This document shows, piece after piece, positions 13,863-28,100 of a stretch of 64,000 bases of DNA. The notes beneath the pieces are model-generated. The model was not told the origin of the DNA and made no database searches. It saw only the letters and a list, made by a program, of their open reading frames with translations. Position 1 is the stretch's first letter; every line of letters begins with the position of its first letter. A program made the position numbers and the translations under genes. Source of the stretch: Hormiphora californensis (Eukaryota; Animalia; Ctenophora); contig CM035356.1 in NCBI GenBank assembly GCA_020137815.1, positions 3,038,001-3,102,000 on the forward strand, written 5' to 3'.

Positions 13863-14705
13863 TCTCTCTTTCTCTCTCTCCCTTTCTCTCTCTCGATATC
13901 TCTCTCCCCTCTCTCTCTCTCCCCTTCTCTCTCTATCTCTCTCCCCTCTCTCTATCTCTATCTCTCTCTCCCTCTCGCACCCGTGTGTCAACTGCACACA
14001 CATGTATCAATACTATCATCATTTGGCCATTTGCCTGCATGCTTAACCAGAGAGCACTTCAACTGGACCAGTTATACAGCTGGTCAGACTCCGACAGGCG
14101 ACAGTGCGCTCAGAGTCAGATGGGGCGCCAGATAGGTTATACATTATCATGAGTAACCACCTTTTACTCAACGGTTATCATGTATCATTACAACGTGAAT
14201 AATTATACCTTTCGTAAATGATCCATCCAGCCATTTTGAACATATCATATAAATGCTTATGTTATCTGCCAGCTGAACTGGTAGGGCACCCCAGTATCAT
14301 ATTCATGCATAGGCATATAGTCTTGATCGACGCGACTTGTATCTCCCGTATCTATATTCTATGGGCTTGTCGCGCGTCCGGCAAATGTTCCAACGCCGTC
14401 TAAACGAGCTTGAGACGGGCTTGAGACGTGTGCCTGAAGCCCATTTAGACTGAAACGGGCAAAACCCCAGACGGGCTTGAGCTAAAATTTTTATTGGCGA
14501 CGTTCAGACGTGCTTGAGACGGGTTTGGCTTCCGTCTGATTTCGTCCAAATCCGTCTGATTTCGTCCAACTCCGTCGAAACGAGTAAAGACCGTTTCAGA
14601 CGTGCTGTCTAAACGGGCTTCAGACGCACGTCTTAAGCCAGTCTGACTCCGTCTAGACGGCGTTGGAACGGCGTCTAGACGCCATCTACGGCAAATGAAA
14701 ATTTG
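13220..14705. mobile_element. Degenerate TIR element with subterminal AGACG/CGTCT motifs
   Basis: CAAATATTCATTTGCCG at the left end, CGGCAAATGAAAATTTG at the right end, and GACGGGCTTGA motifs near both ends. Confidence 0.55.
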
Positions 14706-15084
14706 CAGTCGCGTCCTACCCCGCTCCACGCTTTATATGACAATGGCGTTCGTTATATTCCATTCACCTTGAAGATTCTGCGGTTGTCATGACGTCCTAG
14801 GCTATTGGCTAGTCTGGACCGTGCTTTGCCTCAGTCATTAGTCAATCCAGAATATACGGTTATTGTTTGAAGTCGTATAGTTTCTAGTCGGTGGTTCGTC
14901 AGGAAAGAATGGTGGAAAGAAAACTGTTCAGCTTTAGCTTGGTTGTTGGTTGTTCCTTTGGCGTTTGGTGGGACCCCATTGATTTGGTCACACGGCAGAT
15001 GTGAACGAGTTGTGTTCACACTATCTAATTTTGCTTTTCTGATCCATCTGTCTGGAATCTTTCTCCCAGACAGATTGGAAAATC

Positions 15085-15295
15085 ATATGTCTGCTGAGTC
15101 AGTATTCTTTGGTTAGCTCACTCTCGAGAGTGAGCTTACCAAAGAATACTGACTCAGCAGACATATAATTATATATCATATATATCATGGAATATTATGT
15201 GAGCTAACCGTGTGTACCACAAGGCTATCAGTACCAAACTACTAGTTTGGTACTGATAGCCCTGTGGTACACACGGTTAGCTCACATATAATATT
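15085..15295. repeat. Two adjacent near-perfect hairpins (82 bp and ~105 bp)
   Basis: 15085-15166 is centred on CTCTCGAGAG; 15191-15295 is centred on AAACTACTAGTTT. Confidence 0.9.
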
Positions 15296-16264
15296 AACTA
15301 GCAACTTTGAATACTGATAGCAGCTTGAATCTAGATTTCTTTCTAGTGTCTTTCTAGTGTCTATGAAATATATATATAAGTTCGGTGCGTTAGTTCTTTG
15401 AATCTATCACATACTAACTACTAAGGCAGCGGATTACGGGGGCCCGAATACTAATAGATCGCCCAAAGATTACATGAAATGCGCAATCAATCTATCGGGC
15501 GATCTATTCGGGCGATCTATTCGGGCTCTCCTTTCGAGCCCCCTTGGATCAATTGCAACCTATTTTCGCTTCGTATGTGAGATCGATCTCGGTGTCAACT
15601 GTCACCAATGAGCCCCCATAATCCCCCGTGTAACATACATAACGTTTAAAACCTCCACATATATATCACCAAGGTGCTCGATTTAAACGTTATGTATGTT
15701 AGTATTAAAATATGCAGCTTATGACCTTTTTTTTTAGTCCTCCCCGCTTATGACCTTATGTATGCATAGCTTATATTTTGCATAAACCTAGCACATAAAC
15801 CTAACACCTGTTATCTAGTGTTGTGTGGCTCACACTGCAGTTTATCTCGTAATCTGTTTGGCGCCAGACAGTGCGCTCAGATGGGGTCCGCGGCGCCAGA
15901 CAGCAAGTAATAAATCGATTTGTGAGGTTTTGGCAGATCAAGGCAGTGACCGTTTCTAATTCTCAAAGTAACTGTTAAGTATAAATACTTTTTGAATGCC
16001 CTTAATTTTCTATACTAGTTTCCTAACAAGATACTATCTCGACCTTATAAATTATAGCATCTTACTATATAATGCCAAAAGAGGTGAAACTTAATCCCCC
16101 CATGCATGTGATGAGGGGCCGTTTTTTCCCGTCATCAGTTCAGATCACATCACCCCACATGCATGATCAGATCACCCCACTGAGGAGCAGATCCCCCCAC
16201 CCAAGATCAGATCATCCCATTGAGGATCAGATCACCCCACCCATGATTAGATCACCCCACTGAG

Positions 16265-17601
16265 CACGGCGTGCCTGGTGAAATTTTAACACGACCTAGC
16301 ATGCAACGGGAAACCACCACTTGTACGTGGTAGCTGAGGGTCTACAGAATGGTGCTACGGTGCGGGAAAAAAAGTCCATGCCCTAAAATCGTTTTTTTTA
16401 CTTTTATTTGATTTGGGTCAAAATTGGCTATATTAAACGTGGTCCCGAAAAATCCATAATGACTTAGCACACGAAATATGTCACCCCTACCTATTTTTGC
16501 ACGTAGAATCGATTGCCGTTAAAGTCGAATCTCTAAAATGACTGTAAAATGGTCAAAAGTTGATTTTTTACCATTTTTTGGAGGTTTTTGGCCCCTAAAC
16601 CATTGAAAACGTTGAGATAAGAATTTGAAACTAATGCCCATCGTTAAAATGGTCATTTTTCTACCAAGAACCAAGTTTTCGTGTATATCCGATTTATGGT
16701 TAGATTTGGGCAAATTGTTGAAATCTGCCAACTAGGAGAACCGTAACTTGATTTTCTTGTTTTTTGGATTTTGGCATTTTTGACAAACTTCTGATTGAAA
16801 TGGTCAATCGGGACCATGCTTAAGTTGTTTATGGGACAATTTTCGACTAAAATCCAAGATTTCATACCAATCCAATAACAGATCGTTGATTTATAGAAAA
16901 TTTAAGTAGGCAAAACGGTCAAAATAAGCAAGAAAAGTTGTCATTTTGACCGTTTTGCCTACTTAAATTTTCTATAAATCAACGATCTGTTATTGGATTG
17001 GTATGAAATCTTGGATTTTAGTCGAAAATTGTCCCATAAACAACTTAAGCATGGTCCCGATTGACCATTTCAATCAAAAGTTTGTCAAAAATGCCAAAAT
17101 CCACAAAACAAGAAAATCAAGTTACGGTTCTCCTAGTTGGCAGATTTCAACAATTTGCCCAAATCTAACCATAAATCGGATATACACGAAAACTTGATTC
17201 TTGGTAGAAAAATGACCATTTTAACGATTGGCATTAGTTTCAAATTCTTATCTCAACGTTTTCAATAGTTTAGGGGCCAAAAACCTCCAAAAAATGGTAA
17301 AAAATCAACTTTTGACCATTTTACAGTCATTTTAGAGATTCGACTTCAACGGCAATCGATTCTACGTGCAAAAATAGGTAGGGGTGACATATTTCGTGTG
17401 CTAAGTCATTATGGATTTTTCGGGACCACGTTTAATATAGCCAATTTTGACCCAAATCAAATAAAAGTAAAAAAACGATTTTAGGGCATGGACTTTTTTC
17501 CCGCACCGTAGCACCATTCTGTAGACCCTCAGCTACCACGTACAAGTGGTGGTTTCCCGTTGCATGCTAGGTCGTGTTAAAATTTCACCAGGCACGCCGT
17601 G
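16265..17601. mobile_element. 1.34-kb foldback element, Chapaev-like (CAC...GTG termini, 4-bp TSD)
   Basis: ~660-bp near-identical inverted arms with a ~17-bp spacer. TGAG is duplicated at 16261-16264 and 17602-17605. It is inserted in a GATCAGATCACCCC tandem array. Confidence 0.8.
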
Positions 17602-17674
17602 TGAGGATCAGATGATTCTAGTGAGTATCAGATCCCACATTTCACCCAGTAGTCCACTGTGCGTGATGAGATCC

Positions 17675-18843
17675 CTCTAATTTACCGAGAGTGAGCCATT
17701 TTGTTTGGGTTGAATTTATCTTTCCAATGAGCACCATGAAAATCAAATTGAAGCACCAGGTCACATGGCAGTTGAGAAAATGCACATGCATGATTTTGGC
17801 TCTTCCTGCGACTTTCAATCAGCTGTATCACGGCTACCTTTTGTTCAATCTTTTTAAAAATTTGGGTGAACATTGGATAAGCAAAGATCTTTGCTCACAA
17901 GAAAAATCAAGGTCAAAACTGAAAGTTCATTTTTGAGTGTTGGTAGTTCATTCCACTCATTCAGGAACCAACATCCCTAAAGTGACGAAAAGTGATGGGT
18001 TTTGTTTGGCCCATACCCTGCGATGATAAAGAGGTGTAAAAACACGTTTCCGGGCTAGTTAGTGGGTGTCCATGTGATCATGATTATATCTGACACCTCT
18101 TCTGAGCCATAATCAAGGGATTTTCTCGAATTCAAGCATGTGATTTGGATTATCTGTGATTGGTATCGTGCAGCAATGTTGAGAGATCTCATAGCACCTC
18201 GAAAATTATGATTAGCTCAATGAAATGAGTTGATTTTGGATCGAAAATGGTAGTTTAGTTCATTTTGACGTCTGTTTTAATATCTTCTATCATAAATCAA
18301 CTCATTTCATTGAGCTAATCATAATTTTTGAGGTGCTAGGAGATCTCTCAACATTGCTGCACGATACCAATCACAGATAACCCAAATCACATGCTTGAAT
18401 TTGAGAAAATCCCTTGAAGAGGTGTCAGATATCATCATGATCACATGGACACCCACTAACTAGCCCGGAAACGTGTTTTTACACCTCCCTATCATTGCAG
18501 GGTATGGGCCAAACAAAACCAATAACTTTTCATCACATTAGGGATGTTGGTTCCTGAATGAGTTGAATGAACTACCAAAACTTAAAAATGAACTTTCAGT
18601 TTTGACCTTGATTTTTCTTGTGAGCAACGATCTTTGCTTATCCAATGTTCACCCAAATTTTTAAAAAGATTGAACAAAAGGTAGCCGTGATACAGCTGAT
18701 TGAAAGTCGCAGGAAGAGCCAAAATCATGCATGTGCATTTTCTCAACTGCCATGTGACCTGGTGCTTCAATTTGATTTTCATGGTGCTCACTGGAAAGAT
18801 AAATTCAACCCAAACAAAATGGCTCACTCTCGGTAAATTAGAG
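17675..18843. mobile_element. 1.17-kb foldback element
   Basis: ~560-bp inverted arms starting CTCTAATTTACCGAGAG, with scattered mismatches and one indel. TCC flanks both sides (possible 3-bp TSD). Confidence 0.75.
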
Positions 18844-19091
18844 TCCTTAATTCATTAATGAACGTGTAAATAGTTCATGAGTGAAAAATGAACTTTTGAA
18901 TAAAAAACTCAAAATTTGCAAAAAGTTACCAAGGAATTGTTCCAGCATGTTCCCGTAGTTTGTTTTTGCATAACTATCACCGTTTCGGAGGTACAGCTCG
19001 TCCCCCGGCCTCATAATTTATGGGCCACCTTGTATAGAGTAGAAAATTGGCGAAGACGTGACGACAGAGATTGTATTGAGATAGAAATGAT

Positions 19092-19211
<120 letters not shown>

Positions 19212-20312
19212 GAGAGAGAGAGAAACAGAGAGAAAGAGAGAGACAGAGAGACAGAGAGAATGAGCGACGGGCCCGACCCTTTTCGGCCGAAGGCCAAATT
19301 ACATTGAGTATGATATATAGACAAAAAATGTATCTCTGTTGCTGTACCAAAACAGAGATTTAATCACCACTTAAAGAACGCCACTATACACACTATACAC
19401 ACCCCATTATGATCTGGGCAGCAATTATAATGGACTTCAGACTTGAGGTATAGCAGCTATACTTATAGGACAGTTCTTCAGTGGAAATTTCTGAATCCAT
19501 TCATTTTAGGGAAATAGTATGGGAGTATCAGTGGTCTCATTACAAATAAAAGCAGCCTTGAGTCTAACCACAAAGGCCTCCTTTACATTTGTGTGGTGAG
19601 CGGGTTAGAGGAAGAGGTCGTTGTTGTTATGTTTCCCTATATTGGTTTAGCTGTACTGGGGAAATTCCGAATCGAGGACTATTATAATAGCCGGCAGTCT
19701 TCAGGTGCTGAGTGTATGTAGTTTGCTATTCATTTCTAGTGCCGTAGTGTCTTAGACAATTATGTACATAATTATAGGGAAGAATAAAGATGAAATGCAG
19801 GATCTACGAGAAGGGCTAAATTGAACATGTGTACTGTATTCTTATAGAGATTTTATTCTTGGAAATTAGACTTGCAGACTTGCTGTGTTATATACCTACC
19901 ATTGAGAATATTCTTTAACTTAGAATTATTTGTGATATATGGCAACTGCCAATAAGACAGCTACCTGTCATCAATATTTTACGATATATAAGTCTTACGG
20001 ATTCCCTGTATATCTCGATTGATAAACTACTAGTAGTACTAAAAACGAATTCATTTTGGATATTATATGTCGACTTCATAGTTATAAAGAATGTGCCTGA
20101 ATGTTCCATCTGAAAAAAGTTACTTTTTTCCCTTTATGAACTAGAGCGGCAGCATATATATCTGCCACTCACCACCTTTTAAGTAACCTTTTAAGTGCAG
20201 TAACATAAGTTTTGGAGAGGAAGTATCGAGCGCGGAACTGTCAGCACTATTCATATAATAAAGCGTTGTACAAGTACAACTATATACTAATTACTACTAT
20301 ATTAGACTACAA

Positions 20313-21370
20313 TTAGTCGGGGGATTACGGGGGCCCAGATGTATCGCCCATACCGAGTGCCCGTACCGAGCGCCCGTACCTGACGTTTGCGCATTGAAAT
20401 TGTGTACTTTAGCGCGTAGCACGCGCAAAATAACTCCGCGCGGCGTGCGCGCCACACACATTTCTGCTCAGAAAAAAATCGATCAGAAAAAGTTTTTCAA
20501 GGTCGACTTTTCACGTTTTGGCTCATAACTTCTCTTCCTGATAAGATAAAGACTTCAAACCTTCACCATTCGATGGGGCTTAAAATTTCCTTTCCAACGG
20601 TACCCAAACGAACTCTGTAGCTTATCAGGAACCGGAGATATGGTCATTTATCATAATGCCGAAGGGCCCTTACGGGGGTTATTATCATAATTGATCATAT
20701 CTCCGGTTCCTGATGAGCTACAGAGTTCGTTTGGGTACTGTTGGAAAGGAAATTTCATTCCCCATCGAATGGCGCTAATTTGAAGTCTTTATCGCATCAG
20801 AAACAGGAGTTATGGGCCAAAACGTGATGAGCCAAAAATCGTGAAATTTGGCTTTTCACGTTTTGGCCCATAACTCCTGTTTCTGATGCGATAAAGACTT
20901 CAAATTAGCGCCATTCGATGGGGAATGAAATTTCCTTTCCAACAGTACCCAAACGAACTCTGTAGCTCATCAGGAACCGGAGATATGATCAATTATGATA
21001 ATAACCCCCGTAAGGGCCCTTCGGCATTATGATAAATGACCATATCTCCGGTTCCTGATAAGCTACAGAGTTCGTTTGGGTACCGTTGGAAAGGAAATTT
21101 TAAGCCCCATCGAATGGTGAAGGTTTGAAGTCTTTATCTTATCAGGAAGAGAAGTTATGAGCCAAAACGTGAAAAGTCGACCTTGAAAAACTTTTTCTGA
21201 TCGATTTTTTTCTGAGCAGAAATGTGTGTGGCGCGCACGCCGCGCGGAGTTATTTTGCGCGTGCTACGCGCTAAAGTACACAATTTCAATGCGCAAACGT
21301 CAGGTACGGGCGCTCGGTACGGGCACTCGGTATGGGCGATACATCTGGGCCCCCGTAATCCGCTGCCTAA
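20313..21370. mobile_element. 1.06-kb foldback element, probably PIF/Harbinger-type (GGCAGCGGATTACGGGGGCCC end next to TTA/TAA)
   Basis: ~505-bp essentially perfect arms. The same terminus recurs after TAA at ~15424 and ~22314. Confidence 0.75.
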
Positions 21371-21795
21371 CCACTTACCAATTACCACAGTCGCATACGA
21401 TTAGTAATGCCAGCTTCTAGTTCTTCGACGCAACGCGACCCCATTTGGGTGTTTATGAATTAATTCTTACAAAATGTAATCGATAATAGAATAGAATATC
21501 CAATCTCGCATTTTACTAATTGGATTTTCTAAATAAATCACTCGTGTTTTGTAATTTTTAGCACTAATCTAGCAGAATATCATTTCGAGCCTTCTTCGAT
21601 TCTACATAGCATCGAATATTCGACAGGATAAGTATCGGATAATATGCCGCATGATAGCATTGCTATTAACAAACTGCCCCCGGGGACATGTTAATTGCTT
21701 ATAAATAGCACCAGGCCATTAAGTATGCGGCTCATATATGATCACTAGAGCCAGACTCCAGTGCGGGGTTATTAGGATCCCCACCCTCTATGAGA

Positions 21796-21871
21796 CTGTC
21801 TGGCGCCGCGACCCATCTGAGCGCACTGTCTCAGATTTGAGAATCAAATTGGGGTCTGGCGCCGCCAGACA
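21796..21871. mobile_element. ~60-80-bp micro-MITE (CTGTCTGGCG...CGCCAGACAG) with 8-bp TSD
   Basis: TSD is CTATGAGA here. Other copies: ~23542 (TTAAATAA), ~26916 (GATATTAC), ~54959 (AAACTGAG/AAACTGAA). Degenerate copies at ~14100, ~15854 and ~25555. Confidence 0.8.
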
Positions 21872-21878
21872 GCTATGA

Positions 21879-22012
<134 letters not shown>

Positions 22013-22535
22013 AGATGTAGCCGAGAGATCTGTTAGAACTTGGTCGGCAGCTGCACAATTATGGCACTCAATTATTTTATACCCACATTTCTAAAACTAG
22101 CGCACCCATACCCCGGGACATGTTAATTGCTTATAAAATATAAATATCCTGCACCAGGCCATGGCCATTAAGTATGCGGCTCATATATGATCATAGTGAT
22201 AAACAATTATTCCCCCATTTAGATTCTTAGATTTCTATTACTCTACCAGTTGTTTCTTATTCTTTAGTTTGTTTTCGATTTTCAGTTACCTAGTACAACT
22301 GTGCATACTTTAAGGCAGCGGATTACAGAGGCCCGAAAGAAATACCTGAATAGATCGCCCGAATACTACTCGTATATCAATGTCCAATTTTACTTGTAGG
22401 CTGATGTTTAAGATGCTGTTACATTGAATATGTTCTGAACAATAAAACCACCGCGTTTTCTTTTGATCACTACCTCGATTGAAGCCGAAAGGAGCTACCA
22501 TTTCTATAGACTAGCATAGCTGATATTGTTCTATA

Positions 22536-23190
22536 GGGGGACCACATACAGCACCGGTGCGAACTCCAGAACGTCGCACCACATACTGTCGGTGGAAACT
22601 TCAGTACAGTGAGTGTATGTGGTGCCTCTTACTGAACAATCAATAAAAAACCTTCAAAACAAGCTAAAAACACGTAATTTTTTGTGAAATATCTTCCTCT
22701 CACTAATGCCGAACTCTCTCTACCTCCTTTTCTCTCTCTTGTTATGTTTATCTCCACTTATCTCTCTCTTATCTTTCTCGATTGCAGCACATATTTTCTC
22801 GATATGTCGGATAATCTCGCCCTTGTTCTAGGTGTGGCCCTTTCTGTCGTAGTGAGAGTGCGTGCGCCTCTTATTGGTTGCTGTGGTGTGGGTGTGTGTG
22901 TGTATTGTGAGATGCAGGTCTGTCATTGGCTAGTGCGCGCACGTGACCCCCACGTGACCTTCCAGTTCAGTACGAAGAGCACATACAGCACCGTACTGAT
23001 CTTTTCTGAGCTAAGCTCACGTGAGATTGTGTACTGATAGTCCCACCGATATTTATCAGTAAGAGGCACCACATACGGCAGTGCGTACTGGAGTTTGCAC
23101 CGAAAGTGTTGTATGTGCTAGTGAGAACTGAAGTTAGAGGCACCACATACGGCGGTGCGAATTTCAGTACAGTGCTGTATGTGGTCCCCC
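22536..23190. mobile_element. MITE copy 2 (inverted relative to 10554-11210), TA-flanked
   Basis: Same TIRs and internal sequence in reverse complement. Confidence 0.85.
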
Positions 23191-25167
23191 TAAGGCAAAA
23201 TCTACTATTCCCTTTTCTGTCGAGGTGCCAACCCCGTTTTAATTCAAGACATGTGGTACGCTCGAATCGGCGCCGCCATACAATTGCTGAGTGGTTCCCT
23301 CACGCGTGAAACAAGCATAACTTGTACTCACAAGGTGTGCTAAACTTGCATAGGCCAATATCATAACTCTGATGATATTGATCAATTAATTTTGTGAAAC
23401 AATTGTTCTCCCTTTTTGAAAACTTGCTATTTCTCTTTGTAACTCTCTCTTTGTAACTCAGGGAGAGTCTCACCCAACTTTTGGTTAGTTTGTATGCTAA
23501 TAACACTGCTATGGAGCTTCTTTTTTGTGATTCATTAAATAACTGTCTGGCGCCGCGACCCATCTGAGCGCACTGTTTGGGGTATGGCGCCGCCATACAG
23601 TTAAATAACAGACCCTATATAGCCCTCTTTCATTAATCTGTGTAATGAGTAAAAGTGCCCACATGAAAGTCTCAATATAAAAATATTCTCATGTGGGCAC
23701 TTCTACTCATTAGACAGATTAATACCGACGATCTCGAATTCGATCGAATTGTACACATACACGGGTGTTTACTGCTTGTAGTGAGAATACGGTATCGGCC
23801 GTTCGACACGGTGTCAGTTCAACACGGTAAAGCGACGCGCAAGCTGACCAAATGCTGACCAAATGCACTTTAAAAAGCTTTTAGACAAAAGCACTCACGT
23901 GTTACGTAAACTTAAAGTCCACGCCATTACCGTATCTCCACTACAAGCACCGCTGATAGAACACACACACTCGTGTTTTTATCTACTCTTTACTCAACTC
24001 ATTTCTCAACATATTTGTATGAAAAAGCTATTTTTTCGGTCATTATTAATACGGTAAGACATGCATCAATAATCAGAGCGCTAGATTGACAATATATAGT
24101 AATGAGGGGTGGGGGTCGGGGGACTCACGTCTCATTTTATCACTATAATCGGCTTTTCTATTAGTATGCGCCTTTTAGTTCTATATTTATTGAAGCAAAG
24201 CAGATCCAGTTGATCTAGTAGAAGTAAGAGTGTATCCTCTGTACTCTATGAGTATGTGGTTTCTAGGTGGTCAGGCCAATGCTCTGACCACAGTTCTCGC
24301 ACGCTCCGAGAAATGAGAATAGTATTATAGGGTCAGGCCAATGCTCTGACAGTTCCTACGGGCTTATACCCGTGAAGGAGGCGTAGAGAGTGTATACTTG
24401 AAGAGAGTTCTAGGGCGTTCTGGGGGTCGCGACTCACGCGTTACCTTCCAAAAATTAAAACGCTTTCTTGATTCTTTCTCTCTCCCTCTCTGCATATTTG
24501 TCATATAATTATATGTCTCTACCCGCGTTTCAGTTTGTGTGCCCATGTATAAGGTATCTAGTGGTATTGTTAATTGTTATGTATGTGTGCAGGGTATTGG
24601 ATGCGTGAATCAACAAGTCATCACTTCTCTCTCATCTATAATTTTGCTATGTTTGCTACGTGATATTATATAATGCAATAGTACCACTTCCGCTGTAGCA
24701 CATCACGACTCCTGAATTCATAGCTCATTCCAGCTTCGGTCGTGGGCTAAAGTGTAAGCGAAAAAAACAGCGAACTGGGTGCACGTTGCGCATGTGAATC
24801 TAAGGAGTCGCTCGAATGCGCGACTGCAGTTCGTTGTTGTTTAGCTTTCACTTTATGAAAACCTTTTCTATAGATCTCTACTCCCTTCGGCATAGAGTGA
24901 TGAGTGCACTAGTGATGATAAACCACATCGCTGCGGGGTACTATCTCTATTATAAGTTGGAACTTTCGCGTCGTCGAAGTCGTTCGTTCTATAGCAGTGA
25001 TGCAAAATCAGACACCATTGACATAATATGCTTTCTGACGCTCCAGTTACAGATTTGGAACCGGGCGTCAGTTTCCTGATGGGAGATTCCTGATGTTGAG
25101 TTTGACAATCCACTACAGTCCTTCGTATGTCCCTTTTAGTCCCTCTGATCTCTCTCTTATTTTAGCA

Positions 25168-28100
25168 ATGCGGGAGATTTTACTCATGTTGGCCCTCGTG
25201 ATTGGTTGTCCAGGTACTTCAACCAACAACACGCTGGGAATCAACGACAATAACGTCTACATTGTAGAGGGTAAGATGACGCTGAGGGTAAGATGACCCG
25301 ATGGACTCTATTTCCGCGTACGCTACAATTGCTGTCCGATCAGGAGAGTCTGTGAGACAACTGAAAGGGCACTGCTTCCACGTGTAATTCTGCTCAACAT
25401 GTTTTGTTGAGTAACAATTACATGTCTGCAGGTTCTCTGATGGTGCTGTACATATCTGAGATACGATCCGGTATTGCCCTCCAGAATATCCTAACTGTTC
25501 AAATGACAATGGAGAGATACACAGAAATCTTACCAGGTACTAGATGCAGGGGTCTGCGGCGCCAGACATACTGCAGCAGCAGTCTGACTGCAGCAGCATG
25601 AGCAGTCTGTCTGACCGCACTGTCGCACGCTCAGATTTGAGAATCAAATCGAGGCCTGGCGCCACCACTCATATATTGTATAGGGTTGGTGACATATAAG
25701 ACACCTGGCGCGACCCCCGCACACAGGTGTCGGCTCCGCCCCCTAAAAAAGGGTCGTATCTATCAAGACATCTTGCACGTGATCCACTGGACCGATTTAC
25801 ATCGGTAGGCGGACTCTAGTGCTAACGGACTCTATATCTAAACCCAAGGAGGACTCTATATCTAACCCTAACCTTTACACTAACCCCTAACCTCGAACCC
25901 AAATAACAGCCCTAACACTTCTAAATGAGTATAGAGGCACAGCAAACTCTCGTTTCCGGCCTAACGGCCGAAATCTTGAGTTCGCTTTTCGTGATTTTAG
26001 CACTAGAGTCCGCTTACCATTTACATCCCGCTTGTTTCATGAGACTGCAAATTGGTCCTAGTTTACTGGAAAATACCCGAGAAGTTTGTCTGTCAACAGG
26101 AAGTGGGTCAAAATTGACACTGAAGTCAAATCTATAATTTGGCTTCCGAGACTTTTTGCACCACTCCCAGGCGGTTGAGACTGAGTCTGACGATATTGGG
26201 AGATAGGTTGAGGCCTTGTGAGTACTGGAAAATACCCGGCATCAAATTCTGATGCTAATTGCATTAACATATCTCCCAATATCTTCTAAACCGCATGGGC
26301 GTAGTGCAGAAACTCTCGGAAGTCCGATTATAGATTTGACTTCAGTGTCAATTTTGACCAGAGCAGAGCCGACACCTGTGTGTGAGCTCAACCTCGGTCG
26401 CGCCAGATGTCTGTGATACTTGTGTACACTGCACTTTCTGTAAGCTGGTTCGGCGGATCAAAGGAATATCATAACCGCACTAGTCAAGTTTACTAAGTAT
26501 AAGCACAGTAGTAAACTTTTTTATTTCCCCCCGAATATTGGGACATCAATCATGAGATATATCAATCGCTGCCATGTTTTGGTAATAGCCAATATCCAGA
26601 ACCAGGAACCGACCGAAACAAGTAAACAACCAATCAGAACTCGTTATTTAGGTCATGTGACTGGTTATCAGCCAATCAGGGACCAGTATTTCCTGATTCG
26701 GTCGGTTCCTGTCCATATAACCCATATTATGTCTCAGGTAATCTATCAGTTGGATTCATGGTAATTAACTACAATCAGGAATCTGTTGACCTTGTCATTC
26801 TAATTCAACGACTTGTTAACCAGTACCCCAACATTATTGGCATCTTCGGAATGGCCTTTTCCAGGATGGTTACCGAAGTTGTTTCTCTCATTTCATCCCT
26901 AAAGTAAGATATTACCTGTCTGGCGCCGCGACCCATCTGAGCGCACTGTCAGATTTGAGAATCAAATTGGGGTCTGCAGCGCCGCCATACAGGATATTAC
27001 TGGTGTCATGTCAGTATATAATTTATTCTGCATTCTCAGCAGGATGATCCCTCCTTGAATTCCTTCCCTCCTTAAATTCCCTATGTTTTAGTATTCCCTC
27101 CTTTGTCCTTGGCTCGAACACCATCTCTGACCACCTTCTGGAGCTACATGGATACGAGTACGTCATTTCGATGAAAACCACCCAAACACAACAACTTACT
27201 ACCATTATACCAAGGTATCATCTAATCTTCCACGTGAAAATCGAGGGGTTGTTATGGTCTCATAATCGCCAGCACGGGGACAGGGAGTGAAGTTTTCTCT
27301 AGATTTGTGATCGATACGATCGCTCCAGTTTCTAGTTATATCAATCAAGTCAACCGTTTATCACTTCTATAGGAAATCTAATATATATCAGTAATCCTCC
27401 CCTCAGTCTAGTAGATATGACAGGGGTTACGGCATTGATAATCTTATACAGCACCCAGGATACCCTCTGGGAAAGTCAAATGCCAATACTTCTTAATAGT
27501 ATAGGTCAGTGTAAGTATACGGCTGACTTGCTGCATGCTACAACTCCTTTCCTCCAGAATTATACCAGTGAATTAACAGCTGCATTGACTATGCTTGTTG
27601 CCCTAGTAACGGCCGTCCTCCTACAGATGAAAAAGACATTGATATAGAGCACATCATGGCATTTGATCCAGATGATATCCTGAATGACCTGAACAAAGTG
27701 AAACTGAATAACTATCTGATGGAGTGTACAAACGAGGGACGGGCCTTGGTTATAGTGGGTGCCACAGAGAGAGACACCTCCGGTGTCATCCTAGACTTTA
27801 TCTCTGGTCTTCTAGCAGGTTGGTAGATCACTTTAGTCCTGGCAGATAAGAGCACTGGACTGATCCTATTCTTATTTCGCGTGCAAGAACCGGCGTTCTC
27901 AGTCATTGACTGAGTCAATCCCCCCGCATGAGAGTCTTTCATCAAATCAATGTTTCAGAGTTACCTCAGTCCACGCCTGCTGCTGTAGTTGCTGTCCTCT
28001 CTTCTTCATCTTGTATCCTAGAAGTAAAGGCGGAGTGGATCTCGAATGGAATCCATGTCATCCGACAGTGTCAGGTATATCCAAATATGATAATAGGGAG

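Noticed and set aside
16653-18836. Identical ORF pairs on opposite strands
   Set aside because: A by-product of the palindromic arms; no recognisable protein.
25860-25895. Telomere-like CCCTAA/TTAGGG units (also ~50600)
   Set aside because: Short, degenerate and internal to a dispersed MITE.
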